Positions 11,773 to 24,649 of a stretch of 64,000 bases of DNA are shown piece by piece. The stretch covers positions 204,104,001-204,168,000 of the forward strand of contig OX597814.1 in NCBI GenBank assembly GCA_951406725.2, in the 5' to 3' direction. Position 1 is the first letter of the stretch, and the number at the start of each line of letters is the position of its first letter. The position numbers and the translations under genes were made by a program. The notes below the pieces were generated by a model. It searched no databases. It saw only the letters and a list, made by a program, of their open reading frames with translations, and was not told the origin of the DNA. Origin of the DNA: Octopus vulgaris. Taxonomy: Eukaryota.

Positions 11773-13382
11773 GAATGTGTGTGATTGTGTGTTCAATGCA
11801 ACCTGTCAGTGCAATAGAAGCTATTTTAAATAAAGACTAAAAATAATACCACAAAGTCATTTCAATAATGTCTAAAAAAATTCCAGAGAGGAACACAAGA
11901 AACGAGTGCTTCAGAAACTTGAATGCAACCATCATCAATTAGTAAATCAGCATTATATAATACACTGTCATTCTTCCACAAAATGGATTATGGATATTAA
12001 CTTTTTCATATATATTTTAGTTAGCAAATCCATTTAGAATATTTTGACACGTGAGAAATAAGTATTCTTTGATGCTAAGTAGAAATAGGTAGAAATGAAG
12101 CTAAGTTTTTCAGAATAATTTTTGCTTCTATTTTTCGATTTTTTGAAAGAAAGAATGGAGGCAATTTCATGCAGACCATTCACTCAGAAGTTTATGCTGA
12201 CTATATGCATGTACGCATGCACACAAAACCACACGATTGAGAGAAGAGAAATATTAAGAGTGAGATACACATTGTTGCAAATATTTGTTGAGTTGATTAA
12301 CAGTACAAATAAATTTAATAATAAATTTGTGTAAATCTAGATACTACTGACATACACAGCTAAACACTAACAGAAACACACACAAGTATAAACAGCTACC
12401 TTATGGCAATGCTTGGCAAGTTATTAACTGTCTAGACAATATACCAATTTTTTCAATTACATCGCAATACTAAATTTCTAGTTTTTAAATTGGTCTCTAC
12501 GAGATCTTCCTTCTGATATCATCTTAGAGAATTGAATTGAATTAAATTGATAAATGGATAATGCCAAATCAAACAATTATGATAAAATACAAGGCAATTT
12601 CAAAGAATCTTATTAAAAAGAAAAAAAAATGTAAATATTGATTAATATTTTAAACATTTACAAAGTTCAAATTCTTAACATTTCACCAAGACCAGTTCCA
12701 ATATTTTTAGCATATTTGTATCTGATGCAGATAAGAAAGTATTGAAAAATAGCATGACTTTAAATCAAGATAGAGAAGCAACTTACTACAAACTAAATAC
12801 AAATTAAAGAAAAAAAATTTAATGAAATATATTAACTTCACATATAAAATATCTGAGTAATATAATTAAATAATCAATCAAATTTGCTTATTTATTGGTT
12901 ATAAATTCAAACATCAATAATATTGATCATTGCAAGATCATATGCTGACTGATTCTTTTTTTCCGTTCTTTCAGTTAGGACACCAATTTTGATATAACTG
13001 AATATAGTGTTGATATTAATAAAACAATTTAACTTAGTCTTTAAAGAAATGCTGAAATATTTTGTATTCACAATTTTCAAAACATTTATCAATGAGAGTT
13101 GGGTAGACTTTGTCCTCCTCCATCTTAATTTCATATTTTTGTTTAGTCTCCATACCAACAACAATTCTCCCTCTACATTTTATTTCACCTATTTTTACTA
13201 TTAGCACAAATTTATTGTAGTTGTTTGCTTACTCAATTCTTATCCGAGGTTTACACTGAAATCTCCACACCCCAACTAGATCAAAACAAAACCTAAAAAA
13301 AATTACAAATTAAAAAAAATATATCAAACATCTCTGGCAGTGTCTACTTAAAAGTATCAAACAAATTTCTATTTGTGTATGC

Positions 13383-13429
<47 letters not shown>

Positions 13430-13431
13430 TA

Positions 13432-14292
13432 CACAAAGTCTGATCAATAAGTATCCAAACTGTTGCCATAGTAACGAAGCTAAAACACACAGAGTGAAGC
13501 TGCTTGGCAAAGATTGACCTTGAACTCTGCTGTGCATGTGCACTAAGTTTTAACATTCTAGCTCACTTCTGCTTTGAACAGCAGTGCTTGGAAGGAAGCA
13601 GCATAGAGTGTGATCGTCATATTGACCATGACAGAGAAAACCGTCATGGTGCGACCTGCTCAGAGGCCTATGCAAAGTTGCAGAAAATGTATGAGCGGCA
13701 CACAAGTGGTTCAGACGTTTCCAAGATGGCCGAAAAAATGTCAATATTGACGAATGTTCTGGGAGACCCGCAACCAGCAGAACTGAGAAAAGCAACGATG
13801 TGCATGCAGCTGTGAGGGGGAATCGTCGAATCACCATCTACAAGTTATCAGAGGATGTACAGATTATTTACGGTTCATTTCAGTCCATTATCGCCGAAGA
13901 TTTGGGTATGAGACACATGTCTGACAAGTTTGTGCCAAAACTGCTTTCAGCTGACCAAACAGATACTCGGGGTTTCATCATCATCATCAATTAATGTCCA
14001 TTTTCCATGCTGGCATGGGTTGGATGATTTGAGAACTTTTTAGGCCTCTGAGCAGGTATTGCCAAGCTTTTGGCAAAATTCGATGCAGATTCTCTGCTCA
14101 ACTTTCCCAGACATGGTCAATGCAATGCTCACAAGTTACACAATTCTTTCCAAGCACTGCTGTAAACAGTGGAAGTGAACTAGAACATGGTAACTTAGTT
14201 TGAAGGTCAATCTGAACCAAGCGGCTTCACTCTGCATACTTTAGCTTCATTACTATGGCAACAGTCTGGATACTTATTGATCAGACCATGTA
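13432..14292. mobile_element. Foldback mariner derivative made of two inverted 5' ends
   Basis: Arms of about 240 bp (GTCTGATCAATAAGTATCC... / ...GGATACTTATTGATCAGAC). Left arm runs into transposase to KFVPKLLSADQ; right arm on minus reads MSGKVEQRICIEFCQKLGNTCSEA. Confidence 0.88.
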
Positions 14293-14319
14293 TCCATATG
14301 GTGTATCATTATCAATAGA

Positions 14320-14965
14320 GTGATGGCTTTGTAGAATTGCAACAGCTTCAGATAAAAAATACCTTGCAGTATCACTTTTGGCTCTTTACACTGAGTTCAA
14401 ATCCTGCTGTGGTCAACTTTGTTCTTCATCCTTTCAGAGAGTAAGATAACGTATCTGTCAAGTACTGAAGTCAGCAAACTCTCGCCCCTCAAAATTGCTG
14501 GGTTTGTGCCTAAATCACTAAAAATTCTTATTAAGGCAGTGAGCTGACAATCGTTACCACATTGAACAACATGCTAAGCATTTCTTCCTGCTTTACATTC
14601 TGACTTCAAATGTCACTGAGGTCAACTTTGCATTTCATTCTTTCAGGGTCAATAAATTCCAGTTAAGCAGTGGGATCACTGTAATTGATAAGCCCCACCC
14701 AACAAAATTCTAAGTCTTGTGCCAATAGTAGAAAGAATTATTATTACAATTATTATGGTGGCAAGCTAACAAAATTGCTAGAGTGTCAGGAGAAATACTT
14801 TGCAGTGTTTCTTCCAACTCATTATGAGTTGAAATTCCAAGATCAACTTTGCCTTTCATCCTTTCAGGGTCAATAAAACAAATTTCTTTCAAGTACAGGG
14901 GTCAATGTAATCAACTTGCCCCCTCCCCTAAAAAATTGCTGGTCTTGTATCTAAATTAGAAATAA
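14320..14965 (+). mobile_element. Three tandem head-to-tail copies of SINE family B
   Basis: Core GAGTTCAAAT...GGTCAACTTTG..TTTCATCCTTTCAGGG.CAATAA occurs three times (about 14395-14450, 14600-14660, 14825-14880). Confidence 0.8.
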
Positions 14966-16093
14966 TTATTATCAGTAATAATAGTAGTAGCAATGTTCAT
15001 GCCTATATCTTGTATAGCTTTTGTGTTGTTTCACAAACCATCCAAGCAAGGGGAATACCAGCAGGTGTGTGTGTGAGAGAAAGAGAGGATCATATTTTTT
15101 CTCTGTTTCACTTTAGTGTCTAATTTAAGGCATTTCCATTTACTTCATATACAGTGAGCCCCTTTAAGAAATTTTCTGCTGGTTCTATCTCCATATCTAG
15201 CATTGGTGGAATATTTACCAGTCTTTCATTCCACAACTGTATACAATAAATACATCACAGGCATTCTTGTTGCAACTCCTGCTAGAAAATTCCTGTGAGT
15301 TAACGCCTAACAGTATATTCAATGTCTCAATGATCTCTGAAAGAATGGTAAGTCATTCCTTCAAAGACCATTCATTCATTCACTTGGACACACACACACA
15401 CCCACAATGAATTAAACTACAGCTATTTTAGATACAAATAGGTTAAGCACCCACACACTAAAGAAAATGATTCAACCAGGAATAAACTCACTAAAAGTAC
15501 TGAATAAAGAAAAGATTCTTCTACAGTGCAAGAGAAAAAAATATATTCTAAATATATAATTTCCAGATGACCTGACAGATAAGAAAAAGAAGTGTCTGTT
15601 TTTATATAGGTAGCTTCTGGTTTTATGTAGTTTAAATTATGTGAATGATTTCCTCTATAATTTTGTTAATTATAAATCCTCTTCAATGTGAACATATCTT
15701 CTAGCTACCAATATCTTTGTTGTGATTTTATTGTTTCTATTTTTTTTTTTTTTTTAATGTATAAATGATGGGGTCTTCACTGCCAGGTATTATTATATAC
15801 ATAATGAGAATGGAAATTTACTAAATATTTCAAACTATTATGTTCTATTGTTAATATTTTTCTTTTATGAACCTGTCAGAGAGAAAAAGGAGTCTCAAAC
15901 ATTTATGAATATTTCTAGTAAAAGAGGGTAAGACATAGATAACAGTAGGGGAAATTTAAATGCAGTTTCTTTATTTAACAGCTATTTTCCATGTTAGAAC
16001 ATAGCAAGATTAGAGGAAAATGAGACAGAATTTTTACAGCTTGATGCTCTTTCTATTATCAACTTTTACCTGTTTTCCAAAAAAAAAAAGGGA

Positions 16094-16392
16094 TTTTTTT
16101 AGTCCAAGGAAATTTTAAAGTGCAGCGTTAGCAGATAATTTAAGAAATGTCAAAAATCACCAATTACAGCCCAACCACAACTGGAAACATCACTGATTGA
16201 AGCTGAACTTCAAGCAATAACATCACCATCCATAGCCATACTGCAGCATAGATAGTAAACATTCACACAAATAAACATACATACATCTGTTACCATTTGT
16301 GGATGGGCTGCAACAGGTGATTTTTGTTGATATTTCTTATCAACAAATTGTCTTCTAGCTCTGCACTTTTAAATTCCACTGGAATAAAATTT
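16094..16392. mobile_element. MITE-like inverted repeat with about 100-bp arms
   Basis: GGAAATTTTAAAGTGCAG...AAAAATCACC..TACAGCCCAACCACAACTGGAAACA pairs with TGTTACCATTTGTGGATGGGCTGCAACAGGTGATTTTT...CTGCACTTTTAAATTCC. Confidence 0.7.
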
Positions 16393-17039
16393 AGATCACA
16401 GACACACACACACACACACACACAAACAGCTTCTTTTAGTTTCCTACCAAATTCCCTCACAAAACATACGTCAACCCAGGCTATAGTAGGACATTTGCCC
16501 AAAGTGTCATGCAGTGAGATTGAATCTGAAACCACATAGTAGAAAAGCATACTTCTTAACCAGGTTTCTATCAAATCAATACTAAATAAAATTCAATGGT
16601 ATTAAGATTTAGTTCATTAAAAACTTACAAACAAAAAAAGTAGATCAATAAAATAAAAGCAGTATGATTAAGAAGTTTGTTTTTAACCACATGATTTTGT
16701 GTTCAATCCCACCACCTGGCATCTTAGGTAGGCATTTACTGTAACCCTGCACTAACCAATGCCTTGTGAGGGAATTTGAAACACGGAAATCACAGAAAGC
16801 CCATCATAGATACAAATAAATGAGAGAGAGCACATACAAATGTGCAGGAATGTTGATACTCCACACTTCTCACCACATTATGATTGGTCATTCAGCACTT
16901 CCATAGACCTCCGAAATATACGTTAAAAAAATCCCTTACTAGAAACCAGGCGTTGGTGACACGAAGAACATCCAGCCATAAAATCCTGCCTCAATTAACA
17001 TCCTGTCTATACCCATGGTAAAAACCAGGTATAGGTTAG

Positions 17040-17352
17040 GTGGAGTTTATTGAGGCAAATTTTCTATGGTCAGCTGCCCTTCTTGTCACCAACCCAGACC
17101 TGTTTTCTAAGCAAGGTACCATTTTCCTATAGCCAGACATGTTTTCATAGAATACTGGAAATGAACAGCACCACTTGTACGACAGTGACACTCATTTACA
17201 ATTAATTATCAGACAATGTCAAAAGGAAGAAACACTTTCAGCTTCTGTTCACCAAATCCAATCACAAGGTTTTGGTCAATCAAGGATTATTGAACACTTG
17301 CCCAAGGTGCCATGCTGTGGAACTGAACTGAAAACCATGTGGTCGAGAAGCT
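17040..17352 (-). mobile_element. Composite SINE relic (RTE-like tail + family A head)
   Basis: TGCCCTTCTTGTCACCAACC... then CACTTGCCCAAGGTGCCATGCTGTGGAACTGAAC. Confidence 0.7.
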
Positions 17353-18175
17353 ACACGCATACACACACATTTTTTTTCCTCTCAGGTAAGCCATTTCATT
17401 TCACTCACTTCAGGGAAACCATGAACAATCAAATGCCTGTTTCCTCTCTTAAGAATATAAACCTTGCATTCCAATGTGAGATTTTTAAAAAAAATATCTG
17501 GAATAAAATAGAAATATCTATTAACAGTTTTGAAAACTGAATTGAATATATTCAGCTTCAGATTATCCACCCACCACCATCCACCCGTTTCAAAATCAAA
17601 GTGTTTATAATAGTTTGTATTGTTTGAAATATTTTTTCTGAAAGGGGAGATATAAAAATCTCCTTCCACCTATAAATCACAAATGTCAAGAGAAAATTGA
17701 AACCAAATTATTAGTTCACATCAGAACATTTTTTTAACTCATCATATATATAAAGAATATTCAGCATAATGTTCAATGACAGCAACGTAAACAAAACTAA
17801 ATTTAATGAAGAAACCTCTTCCAAGTTGCTCAATTTGCTAAAAAATAGTATCCTAAATATCATTCAAATCCCCCTGTAGTCTTAAAAAAAAAGAAAGGAA
17901 AAGGATACATTTGATAATTAATATAGCTTTAATATAAAATAAAAAAAAGACAGGTTTGATTGAAAATTGATCACTGATCAGAAAGCTTCTAAACCAGGAC
18001 TAACCCAGAGATTAATAACAAACTAAGCAGAAATTTACTTCACACATGCACTCAGAAAAATACCCCCAAACTACACCCTATTTTTATATATCCCAAGTCA
18101 TCTGCTATGTTGACATAACCATCAAAATATTTAATGGAGTTGAGTTGCAATCATCATACTTTAACATCTATTTTC

Positions 18176-18252
18176 CATGCTGGCATGGGTTGGACAGTCC
18201 AACTCATTAGCTCATGTCTAATGAGTTGGACTGTCCAACCTATGCCAGCATG
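18176..18252. repeat. Near-perfect 35-bp inverted repeat (hairpin) with 7-nt loop
   Basis: CATGCTGGCATGGGTTGGACAGTCCAACTCATTAG-ctcatgt-CTAATGAGTTGGACTGTCCAACCTATGCCAGCATG; one mismatch. Confidence 0.95.
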
Positions 18253-18409
18253 CTTAACAAGCTCCATATTTAGGACCCTGGGAGATGCTACCAGATAAAA
18301 TTAGACCTAGGAATAATAGTGACTTCTCAAAACCTAAGAACTCTTGAACCAGGGCCCCACCACTGGATACAGCTTAAAGTCAAACAAAATGACTTGTCAT
18401 CAATAAAAA

Positions 18410-18768
18410 AGTGCAGCTATATGGTTAAAACGCTTGTTTCCCAAACACACAGTTCTGGGTTCAGTCCCTCTGCATGTCAAGTGTCTACTATAGTCCCGAG
18501 CCAACCAGAAGTTTTGTAAGAGGATGTGGTAAATGGAAACTGACAGAAGTTCATCGTGTGTGTGTGTGTGTGTGTGTGTTGACATCCCATGATTGTAGCT
18601 GGGTTCTTTGTTTCCAAACTTCTGTGAAAACATGTCTAACCATAGGGAAACAGATGAAGGCAGTGACAGGAAGAGCATCTGGCCAAAGAAAATCTGCTTC
18701 AACTAATTCCATCTAACCCATATGGACATAGAAAAGTGGACATCAAAAATAATGATGATGATGATGAT
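18410..18768 (+). mobile_element. Composite SINE: family A head + (GT)n + RTE-like tail with (GAT)n
   Basis: GGGTTCAGTCCC B-box, GGAAACTGACAGAAG, (GT)n, AGGAAGAGCATCTGGCC, GAAAAGTGGACATCAAA, (GAT)n. Confidence 0.75.
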
Positions 18769-19063
18769 ATTCCAATGTACCAGAAATCTAAAGTCTCACA
18801 AAACTTATCTTAAAATATTTCAGCCTGATTTGGCTTCTGCAACATTGGCTGGGAACATCTGTTACAAATAAAAAAAATAATTTACTTTATAAAATTTAGT
18901 TTTTTCCCCTTAGTTTCCAATACTGATCCTTTTTTGTTACTATTTAACCCCAGGAAAATCATTACTGAGCAGTCCTAAGATCAAAAGCATCCTAACTGTG
19001 ACCACTCGTCTTTTATTATCCAAGACTACACTATCCAATAATCCAATGTCATTCCATATTTAA

Positions 19064-19278
19064 CCCTTTTATTACCAACCCGGCTGAAACCGGCTCTGTT
19101 GTACAAATGTCTTGTTTTCTTAAGGTTTCAATTAAAATCTTCCACCAAACCTTAGACAAAATTTATGTTCCTAATACAAGCTGAATGATAACTGAGTTAT
19201 TTTACTAAATTCTTTGTTATATTTAAAATAATTGAAAGAAACACAGAGCATCTCAAAATAAATACAGTAACGAAAGGG
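19064..19278. mobile_element. piggyBac-family MITE (215 bp), inserted in a family D repeat
   Basis: TTAA TSDs; TIRs CCCTTTTATTAC / GTAACGAAAGGG match the 4812-5885 element. Confidence 0.88.
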
Positions 19279-21304
19279 TTAAGGCAGAGAGGTTTAATCC
19301 AATGGAGATTTAGTTGCTATTTCTAGTTGGTCTATCAACTATGCAGATGTCTCCCCTCAGTGCTATTTCGTTATTGTTGTCCTTTCATCCTTGATATGTC
19401 TGTCTATACAGTATTATTGGCAGTGTGGCATTCACTGATTCAATTACACTATAAATTGTGATGTAATAAAAGACTTATGTAAAAAATAATTCAATTTGTT
19501 ATAGGAACCAACATTATTATATTGTAGAGAATGTATTGAAATAAAACAAACTCGGAAGTTTTGATTACTGAACAAAAACAAACGCAAAAAGAGATTGTCC
19601 AAAAGCTCTAATGGAATTATCTGTTTTTGTACATTATTGTTCTGGATAATAATACACAGGATGGACAGTAACAGTAATGGACCTCCATGCAGTCACTCAA
19701 ACTACTAGTAATAGCAGTCAAATAGCCCTGAAATAACACCCTCCAATCTTAGACAAGAAAAGAACAGACAATAATTTAGTGTTACATGCTTTTAACAAAA
19801 AGAAAAATAAGTGGGAGAGATGGCTATGATTAGAATACCTTTAGTCATAGGTTTGACCAATCAGAGTTGACCTGGAGCCAAACAACATCAACAGCAACAG
19901 TGATGGAACAATTCACAGCAGCAGTGGAGATTCAAGCAGTACAAATACTGAATATTATTATCAAATGGCTGCAACTTCTGCTTTGCTCCCACAAGCAGAT
20001 ATGTTGTTTTAACTTTTCCTTGCTTTCAAGAAATTTAGGATTTATTCTCATTTCTTCTTCACACACACACAGTATACACAACTGAAGCAATATTGAATTA
20101 AAATAGCCATCTGTTCATCAATGTATATATACCATTGACAGGCTAGTTATCATGGTATTTGTCTAGAGATAACATCTCTTATGGACGTGCTGTGTTAAAA
20201 ACATAAACGACGTGCTGTGTTAAAAACACAAACATCACAGGGATATGAAAAACTGCCTTAAGAGTGGCCAGTGAAAATGCCAAATGTCTTCACATCACCT
20301 GGTAACTGTAAATAAGTGTTACTGTTATACAAGCAGCATCATTTATTTCCAGTACTTAGCAAAAACATGTCTGGCCACAGTGAAATGTTACTGTGCTTGG
20401 AAATAGATGAGGGTTGGCAACAAGAAGGGCATCCAGTCATAGAAAATCTTTCTCAATAAACTACTCCAACCCATGCAAACATGGAAACGATGGTGTGTGT
20501 GTGTGCATGTGCGCACCTAACTTGTGTAATGCTGCATGTAAATAGTTACTAATTTTTGTGTTTGTAAATGGAATTTTTCAGATCAGCAGCAATGGCCTTA
20601 TTCCAACTTTTTGTTATAGGCATTTAATGAAAGAACACAGAACAGTATGGTAATTGAAACATAAACGAGTGGTTTATAGTTCCAATATTAAATTTTAACA
20701 AGTAACAGACGACTCCTTACTGGTTGAAAACAACTGAAAATTATTTTCAAAATTACTTTTGCAGCTTCAACATGACATCCTCTTAATATATATAATTTAC
20801 AATGTTACTTTCTGAAAGAAAACATGTCAAAACTAGTTGTTCTTATTTATTGGTATGTTAAGGTTAAAAAATAATATTCAAATTTCTGACATCTTGCATA
20901 ACAAGTTGCCCAAGAACAATTTTCTTGTATATCGAATTGTCTGTGTTATATCAGCTGCATGCTTTTCGGGAAATATTCTGTCAAAGAAATCCTTGTTCTT
21001 AGATTTCTACTCACTGTGGTCTTAAAAATTGTAACAACATGAACAATGAAAACATAACTAGGAAAGTACTCAAGAATCTATAAATTCTAACTGAATAGCA
21101 AACAAAAAATAAAATACAGAATAATGACAATAATGTGTCTAATAAAAACGTTATCAGAATTATTGAAAATATACAACTGGGAATTCTTAACAAAAATTCT
21201 ACACTTCAAATTAAATATACAGGAGAGATGTTTCAATAGAATTCCTGTGAACAGTAGAATTCTTCTACAGTTTAATTTTTATTTTTATCATTATCATTGT
21301 GAAG

Positions 21305-21895
21305 GTGTAATGCTTAATAGTTGGAGAGTATGGTTCAAGATTGTTAAGTTGTGGGTTCAATTTCCATAATGGACAATGCATTGTGTCATTGAACAAACGG
21401 TTTCATATCGTTCCAGTCACCATCATCATTGTTTTAATGTCCACTTCCAGATATTGGATCAGATGGAATTTTATTGAGGTGGACTTTCTACAACTGGATG
21501 CTCTTTCTGTCACTAACCTTCGCCTGTTTCCAATTAAGGTAATATTTTCCCCACGGCCAGACATGTTCCTGCAGTATACTAGAAATGAGTGACACTACTT
21601 GTATGGCAGTAACAATCATATAACTAACACATGATGTCAAGACAAAGAGACACAAACATACACTTGCATGCACAGAAACACACATATACGACAGGCTTCT
21701 TTCAGTTTCCACTTACCAAATCCACTTGAGGTATTGGTCAGCCCAGGGCTATAACAGAAGTCAGTTACCCAAGGTGCCACACAGTGGAACTGAACTCAAG
21801 ACCATATAGTTGGGAAGCAAACTTCTCAACCACACTGCCATGCCTGCATATCAAATGAAAATGAGTACCAGCAGCACCAGGGGTGAGCTGACCCT
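21305..21895 (+). mobile_element. SINE family C (Meta/CORE-like) interrupted by a minus-strand composite SINE at about 21421-21850
   Basis: CATTGTGTCATTGAACAA...TTCCAGTCAC breaks off at (CAT)n and resumes as AAAATGAGTACC after the inserted element. Confidence 0.65.
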
Positions 21896-22450
21896 GTGTT
21901 AGTCTGGTGTCCCAATCAACAAATCTTGTACTCTTTATTACTTACCGAAGATAAGCTCTGGCCTAATGGCCATGTAAGTTTAATAAAGACTTTACTATTG
22001 CCATTTTGGAGCCAACAGTTAATTATATCCATTATCAGGAATTCAAGAAATAACACAGGAATTTTACAATTCAATGTTTTAATTTTAATTGATTGCTTAA
22101 TTCTAAAAAGTGATCAAACCTGGGTAGATCATACAAGTTCTGGACACATAAGCAGGAGTGGTATTTATTGAAAATTTGACAATCAGCTGACAGTAATGTT
22201 TTCTCATATTAGTACATAGCCAAAAATACAACCAGTTACATTAACCCTATTAATGCCACATTTGTTAACACTCCAGTTCCAAACAGATGTCAATTGTCAA
22301 CACTGATGGGCAAAACTGAAGAATTTTGTACAACAATTTCATTTACTAGAAATGAATGTTATAGAAACATTTTTATCATCTAAGATTGTACCAAATGAAC
22401 AAAAACACATGAAAAATACCATATTATTTAATATATGCAACAGCATAAAT

Positions 22451-22660
22451 GGTGAGCTGGCAGAATTGTTACTGCATCAGATAAAATGCTGAGCAGCATT
22501 TCTCCCAACCTGATGCTCTGAGAACAAATGCTGCTGGGGTAGACTTTGCCTTTCATCCTTTCTGGGTCAATATAATAAGTACCAGTTGAGTACTGGGGTT
22601 CGTGTAATTGACTAGACTGCTCCCCAAAATTGCCGGCCTTGTGCCCAATTTGAAAGCAAG
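22451..22660 (+). mobile_element. SINE family B (Deu/Nin-domain-like core)
   Basis: GGTGAGCTGGCAGAATTGTTA...GACTTTGCCTTTCATCCTTTCTGGGTCAAT..AATAAGTACCAGTTGAGTACTGGGG...GCCTTGTGCCCAATTTGAAA. Confidence 0.8.
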
Positions 22661-24284
22661 ATATACAACAGTAGCTCTTAATGCTCCTGAAGAAGAGCTA
22701 AGAATATACTGCCAAAAAAAGACAATCATCTTATAAATTAATATTAATTTGTTTTGGAAAGAGACAGAAACATTTTTTGTAAGGGTGAAGGGAGAATAAT
22801 CAATTGAATCTATACCATTATATTGCTGAAGTCCTGCTTCAACACCTGAAGGATGAAAAGTAAAATCATCCCGGTCAGTATCTGAACTCAGAAAGTAGAG
22901 CAATGAAGTTAAATATCTGTGAGACATTATGTCTGATATCATTTCAGCTGACTCAATAGAGTTAAATTTCCAATTATCTGAATGAGAGAAACAGGGATTA
23001 TTTTGTTCAGGTATCTGATCTAATAGTAAACAAAGGAAGCCATACAAAACATAATTATGTTAAAAAGCATATTTACACAGTCTTCATGAGTTTTACATTG
23101 ATGTACTCTTGTACATCATGCCATTCCTCTATGACCTACATGCTGTAATATTTCACTTTTCTGTTTGACTGTCAATGGAAGATATTCACATTCCTTTCAC
23201 AGACATGGAAACACCACCAAACTCAATTACTTGTAACAGATACATAAAAACTTGCAGAGCAAACAAAGACTGATTTTAACATCATTTTAAATCATTCAGC
23301 ATGTCTGTGAGTTTTACATGTTAAAATTATTTCAACACTGTTTCAAGTGACCACTGAGATCAAACTGGCAGACCAACCAGCCAACACATGATGCTTTTGA
23401 TGAATGTAAACAAGACATGATTGCCTCCCCGGTGCCATTAACACTTTGATGTCAGCTTTTATATATTCTTCAGTAAAATCAATTCACACTGCATTACTGC
23501 AAAGCAAAAAGACAAAATGGTAGCAAACATTATTATTCTATAGTTTGGGTTGGACACAGTATGGATAATTAAATATTCAGAGGGCCTTGATATCTCAATC
23601 AGATAATCTGAAATTCAGATAACTGATGTTCAGATGAGCAAAGTTTTACAGTATTTGTGATTGAATACGAGCAAAAGTCTTACAGTGGGAGGAACATAGT
23701 TAACATAAATGTCTCCAGAATATTGCAGGAATGAATCTTATTAACTTGGATTTGAACACAAAATATAAAAAGACAACTAAATATTGTAAGATATTTATAC
23801 CATTTTTCTGTCATGTCTGCTTTCTCAGAAATAATTTGTAATCATGTTGTTGCACTTTTTTCATTTGTTTTGGCATCTCTTTTATAATTTTGCCAATGTT
23901 TTGTTTGTTTGTTGAACCATTAAGAATTAAAAAAAAAACACAAATTCCCAATTCTGGAATGGAATGGTTTGTATAAATCTTATTTCAGTATATTTAAGGA
24001 AGAGTTGACATAGCTTAACTGAATATATTAATACCAGCCATAAAGTGGTATTAACTTCTATTCCATTAACCTGTACCACTTAGCATTTTTGTTGATTTAA
24101 TTAAAAATTAGCCAATCAATTAAAAGCAGAGTCAAAGAGTCTACAACTACTGCAAAGATTCCACTAATAAGAGTTGCAGTCAGAGACACTAACTCCAACC
24201 AACATAATGTCACAGTCTTAAGATGAGAGCATTATTGAACCATTACTAGTCCTATTTTTCAACAGTTATTAATCCTAGCTAATA

Positions 24285-24540
24285 GATTCCTATAGTGTTA
24301 TTGTTGGCTGAAGATAATATCTAACCACAACATTTGTTAATAAAGATATTATCTCCAGCAAACATAGCATCATAGATATCTAGTAACAAATGTTGTGGTC
24401 AAAGATATAATCTCCAGCAAACATAACATCGTAGGCATCTAGTGTTGTGGTGAAAGATATTATCTTCACTCAACAAAACATCAGAAAAGTCTATCAATAT
24501 GTTGTGGTCAGAAATATTTCCAACCAAAAACATCACACAA
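24285..24540. repeat. About 55-59-bp tandem repeat (about 4 units) preceded by one inverted unit
   Basis: Unit AACAAATGTTGTGGTCAAAGATATTATCTCCAGCAAACATAACATC...; 24285-24338 is the reverse complement of a unit. Confidence 0.8.
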
Positions 24541-24649
24541 GTTGAGCACTTAGCCAATGCTCACATCTATGATCTGGTAGCTTGTGCCACATTTAGGTAC
24601 CTGTGAAGTAACTAAGCTGAGCATCAGGTATGTCAAGTAGAGGGAGAAG

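Noticed and set aside
15230-15290. Possible minus-strand exon (TTTTCTAG...GTAAAT)
   Set aside because: The phase-0 frame hits a stop and no frame resembles alpha-catulin.
20880-21010. Minus-strand open stretch KSKNKDFFDRIFPEKHAADITQ
   Set aside because: No recognisable homology or convincing splice sites.
22241-22452. TTAACCCT start of another piggyBac MITE
   Set aside because: No convincing right TIR or TTAA; a SINE begins where it would be.
22553-23047. 164-aa ORF
   Set aside because: Runs across SINE remnants; no coding signature.
24340-24540. CRISPR-like array
   Set aside because: Whole units repeat with no unique spacers; eukaryotic context, no cas genes.
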